Shown one piece after another: positions 59,259 to 64,000 of a stretch of 64,000 bases of DNA. Where the stretch lies: positions 67,580,001 to 67,644,000 of the forward strand of contig NC_135804.1 in assembly GCF_964213995.1 (NCBI RefSeq), written 5' to 3'. Both the position numbers and the translations under genes were made by a program. Within the stretch, counting starts at the first letter, position 1, and every line of letters starts with the position of its first letter. The notes under the pieces were generated by a model. That model was given only the letters and a program-made list of their open reading frames with translations, did not search any database and had not been told where the DNA came from. The stretch is from Mustelus asterias (taxonomy: Eukaryota).

Positions 59259-60657
59259 GAGGAGAAGAGGAAAGTATTATATTATCGAAATTACAATCAT
59301 TGGCTTTCATTACCGTAACTAATAGTTTGACCTCAATCATCTCCAAACCCTACAATATCACTCACACTGTTAAATTCACAAGTAGAACCCTGGCGGTGAT
59401 ACTCCGGACATTCCTTGCTTGCCGTTTGCACGGTTTCCCCAGCTCAACACACGGACAATTACCCAGATCTTGGTTAGGATATGTAAACTGATCTACCACT
59501 AACATTACTTTAACAGGGAATACTTAAGCGGAGTTTAAATTTTCATTATCCAGAAATGTCCCCAACCACATAATAGATTCCATTTTTTTGTATTAACAGT
59601 ATCAATAACAATTCCAAATAACATTTAAACAACAGCCATTTTTAACTAAAAACCTCTCCGACTGTCAAGAACTATGAGATTTTTTCATTGCAAGCCTTCC
59701 CTTTATGGGCGGTTATTTGAAATTTTTACAATCGTATTTTCTTCAGATAACAATTATGTCCATCAAATCGTTTGGTCTATCCTCAATTGCAATCATTGTT
59801 CCCCCTCTGACACTGGAAGCCCTGGGAAATACTTTGACCTCACAGCTAAGATCTTATTGTTAACATATTCTGAGCTGGTACAGCAAAGGCTCCTTGTTCT
59901 CATCTCACTGGCTAGAGCTTAATTCGATTTCATACAAATGTTCTTTATTAAATATTTGAACTGACCTATGCACACAAACGTTTGCTCACTTTTTCAGCAG
60001 CAAATAAAGCGAGAGTAATTCTGAGGAACGCAAATGAATATGACAAGTCTTAATTACATTCGAGAATAAGTGAAACTGGATCTTTCCCGTAATTCTATTC
60101 CAGAGCCAGTCCAGGTATTTGTAAATAAGATTTTGAATTAATGGATATGAAATAAACTACGTGACTTGCTCATTCGGAAAGCCAGTATGGACAAGAAGAA
60201 CCAAGGGTTTCCTTCTGCACCGCAACAATCTGAGAAAACCTATTGCCTCTGTAATGGTATTCATCAATGTAAGTGAAATCCAACATAAACATTTTAAAAA
60301 ATCTAATATTTCTGCAGCAACATGTTGTTAAATGCTCGCTTTCGTGTCACTGGCTGTTCTGTAGGTAATGAAGTACTTGCGCTTGGTTTTCCTCTTCTCC
60401 TCAGTCCTTACATCTCAGACCTTCCTTTCCTTTTTTAAAAATATTGTGTTGTACGTGTATTGTCCTCATGCAAAAGACCCCCGCCCCGTCTCACACCTGA
60501 TCATCTGTCGTTTTTTCTTAAAGTTGCTACTTTTTGTTGCTGCTGCTTTTGCTCTAATATTCTCCATCCTTTCAGTTCCAACGAAACCGTGTTTCGCTCA
60601 TGATAGACGCTGGCAAACCTGCAGAGTTTTTTTTCAACTTCCTCTGTTCTTGTTTCA

Positions 60658-61281
60658 GATGTGGAGATGCCGGCGTTGGACTGGGGTGAACACAGTAAGA
60701 AGTCTCACAACACCAGGTTAAAGTCCAACAGGTTTATTTGGTAGCAAATGCCATAAGCTTTCGGAGCGCTGCTCCTTCGTCAGATGGAGTGGAAATGTGC
60801 TCTCAAACAGTGCACAGAGACACAGAAATCAAGTTACAGAATACTAATTAGAATGCGAATCCCTACAGCCAGCCAGGTCTTAAAGGTACTGACAATGTGG
60901 GCGGAGGGAGCATTAAACACACGTTAAAGAGATGTTTATTGTCTCCACACAGAACAGCTAGTGAGATTCTGCAAGTCCAGGGGGCAAGCTGTGGGGGTTA
61001 CTGATAATGTGACATAAATCCAACATCCCGGTTTAGGCCGTCCTCCTGTGTGCGGAACTTGGCTATCAGTTTCTGCTCAGCGACTCTGCGCGGTCGTGTG
61101 TCGTGAAGGCCGCCTTGGAGAACGCTTACCTGAAGATCCAAGCCTGAATGCCCGTGACTGCTGAAGTGCTCCCCCACAGGAAGAGAACAGTCTTGCCTGG
61201 TGATTGTCGAGCGGTGTTCATTCATCCGTTGTCATAGCATCTGCATGGTTTCCCCAATGTACCATGCCTCGGGACATCCTG
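60658..61281 (-). mobile_element. PLE 3' fragment (GIY-YIG end plus pLTR, third subfamily) with hammerhead at 60751-60787
   Basis: ORF 60998-61225; reverse complement CCAT CTGACGA A GGAGC AGC GCTCC GAAA GCTT ATGG. Confidence 0.9.
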
Positions 61282-61574
61282 CAGGAAAGGATTACCCAAT
61301 AAGCCACTAAAGCCTTATTGGGTAAGGGGTGTGGTTCTGTATGAACAAATTTCCTTCATGAAGTGGGAGAAAACACTTGGCTGCTCATAAGATATATACT
61401 ATCTGAAATATACCTCGATAGTTTGTCTTGGTCCATTACCCTATTGGAGATGAGGCTGAATATACAACAATTATACCATCATTACTCCAAGTACGCGATG
61501 CTGCATCGAGTGATTAAAACTTGAATATAGTCCTCGCATTTTCTTAAAACATATAGTTGGTTGGGAACGGCGGC

Positions 61575-61840
61575 TAGCCAAAAGAAAATGAAACTTGCAT
61601 TTATAAAGCGCCGTTCAGGAAATTCTGCAACGCTTTAAAGTCAGTGATGTATTTTTGAAATGTAGCCACTGTTCTAATGTAGGATTTGTGGCTGCCAATT
61701 TGTTAACTGTCCCTCACAGAACAAAGTGAGAATCATCAGATTATGTTTTTATGTGATGCCTATAGTCGGGATACATATCCAAAACGGTAAACCTATGGCA
61801 TTTGCGTCCAACTGAAGCAAAGTGTCTAGAATTGCCATCC
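61575..61840 (-). mobile_element. Old Deu-type (SacSINE1/AmnSINE1-like) SINE remnant; its 5' part continues at ~63580-63717 after the CR1 insertion
   Basis: AACTTGCATTTATAAAGCGCC..TTTTTGAAATGTAGCCACTGTT..AATGTAGG resembles the L2-type tail recalled for this family; similar remnant at ~2015-2140. Confidence 0.45.
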
Positions 61841-61844
61841 CATC

Positions 61845-63577
61845 ATGTGCGTGGAGTCTGAAGAGATAGGAGAGGCACTAAATGAATATTTTTCGTCGGT
61901 ATTCACATAGGAGAGTGGCAGTGTTGTCGAGGGGAGTACTGAGATACAGGCTGTTGGACTGGACGGGATTGAGGTTCATAAGGAGGAGGTGTTAGCAATT
62001 CTGGAAAGGGTAAAAATTGATAAGTCCCCTGGGCCGGATGGGATTTATCCTCGGATTCTCTGGGAGGCTGGAGAGGAGATTGCAGCGTCTTTGGCTTTGA
62101 TCTTTGTGTCGTCATTGTCTACAGGAACAATGCCAAAAGACTGGAGGGAAGCAAATGTTGTCCCCTTGTTCAAGAAGGGGAGTAGGGACAATCTTGGCAA
62201 TTATAGACCGGTGAGCCTTACTCCTGTTGTGGGCAAAGTTTTGGAAAGCATTATAAGAGATAGGATTTATAATCACCTAGAAAGGAATAATTTGATTAGG
62301 GATAGTCAGCACGGTTTTGTGAAGGATAGGTCGTGCCTCACAAACCTTATTGAGTTCTTTGAGAAGGTGACCAAAGAGGTGGATGAGGGTAAAGCGGTTG
62401 ATGTGGTGTATATAGATTTCAGCAAAGCGTTTGATAAGGTTCCCCATGGTAAGCTTTTGCAGAAAATACGGACACATGGGATTCAGGGTGATTTAGTGGT
62501 TTGGATCAGGAATTGGCTAGCTGGAAGAAAACAGAGGGTGGTGGTTGATGGGAAATATTCATCCTGGAGTTCAGTTACAAGTGGTGTACCACAAGAATCT
62601 GTTTTGGGGCCACTGCTGTTTGTTATTTTTATTAATGACCTGGATGAGGGCGTGGAAGGATGGATTAGTAAATTTGCAGATGATGCTAAAGTTGGTGGAG
62701 TTGTCGACAGTGCGGAGGGAAGTGGCAGGTTACAGAGGGACATAGATAAGCTGCAGAGCTGGGCTGAGAGGTGGCAAATGGAGTTTAATGCGGAAAAGAG
62801 TGAGGTGATTCACTTTGGAAGGAGTAACAGGGATACAGAGTACTGGGCTAATGGTAAGATACTTGGTAGTGTGGATGAACAGAGGGATCTGGGTGTCCAT
62901 GTGCATAGATCCCTGAAAGTTGGCACCCAGGTTGATAGGGTTGTTAAGGAGGCATACGGTGTGTTAGCTTTTATTGGTAGAGGGATTGAGTTTCGGAGCC
63001 AGGAGGTCATGCTGCAACTGTACAAAACTCTGGTGCGGCCGCAGTTGGAGTATTGCGTACAGTTCTGGTCGCCGCATTATAGGAAAGATGTGGAAGTGTT
63101 GGAAAGTGTGCAGAGGAGATTTACCAGGATGTTGCCTGGTATGGTGGGAAAATCGTATGAGGAAAGGCTGAGGGACTTGATGTTGTTTTCGTTAGAGAGA
63201 AGAAGGTTAAGAGGTGACTTAATAGAGGCATACAAGATGATCAGAGGATTAGATAGGGTGGATAGTGAGAGCCTTTTTCCTCGGATGGTGATGGCTAACA
63301 TGAGGAGACATAGCTTTAAATTGAGGGGTGAGAGATATAGGACAGATGTTAGAGGTAGGTTCTTTACTCAGAGAGTGGTAAAGACGGGGAATGCCCTGCC
63401 TGCAGCAGTAGTGGACTCGTCAACATTAAGAGCATTCCAATGGTTATTGGATAAACATATGGATGATTTTGGAATAGTGTAGAATAGAGTGGCTTTAGAT
63501 TGGTTTCACTGGTCGGCGCAACATCGAGGGCCGAAGGGCTTGTACTGCGCTGTAATGTTCTATGTTCTATGTTCTAT
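61845..63577 (+). mobile_element. CR1 LINE, 5'-truncated RT region
   Basis: ORF 61989-63482 (KSPGPDG, DFSKAFDKV, FADD); (ATGTTCT)n tail. Confidence 0.95.
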
Positions 63578-64000
63578 CAGAAAGACAGCACCTCCGACGA
63601 TGCGTCATCCGTCGCTCCTGCACGGAATGTCAACCTTTTCCTGTTACTAAGGCAGGAGCTGGACCCACAATCTTTTTTATGCTGAAGTGAGTAACCAATT
63701 GAGTCAAGGCTGACACTTATCAATCTCGTTACCATAGAGCCCACAGCGCACCAAAGATTCCGGCAGAATGACCAGAGGGAAGAGGGAACTGGCGGACATC
63801 ACCAGAAAATGACAGTAGAATCAATGTTGGTGAGGAAACCGCCCGTCAAACGTGTGCTCGGTAAGGGACAGTGGATAACGATCCACTACAGTCCAGATAT
63901 GTGGAGTGAATAGACTGCAAACCAGCCCCCAATGTGTGCAGCGTCGGGCGTGAATCCAAGAAGGAAGGTCTTCACGGTGGAAGTACATAAGAGATCATGG

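Overview
Repeat-dense vertebrate genomic DNA. The SINE and LINE families point to a cartilaginous fish (shark-like; inference). No intact host gene is evident. Most of the window is retroelement sequence: CR1 LINEs of several subfamilies, tRNA-derived V-type (HE1-like) and other SINEs, and Penelope-like elements (PLEs; RT plus C-terminal GIY-YIG). The PLE pseudo-LTRs (pLTRs) carry minimal hammerhead ribozymes, and one locus is a head-to-tail tandem array of ~3.01-kb units (22.6-29.6 kb). There is also a decayed Gmr1-type Gypsy element (integrase upstream of RT). A retrovirus-like LTR pair (20.3-31.7 kb) brackets a gag remnant, the PLE array and an intronless CIRBP/RBM3-like mRNA 3' fragment. 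Other contents: an RPL27 retropseudogene fragment, a ~370-bp structured element with three U2 snRNA 5' modules, and remnants of an Ig-superfamily activating-receptor gene or cluster (leader exon, frameshifted C1 Ig exon, NxxR transmembrane exon) at 53-56 kb with a paralogous segment at the window end.
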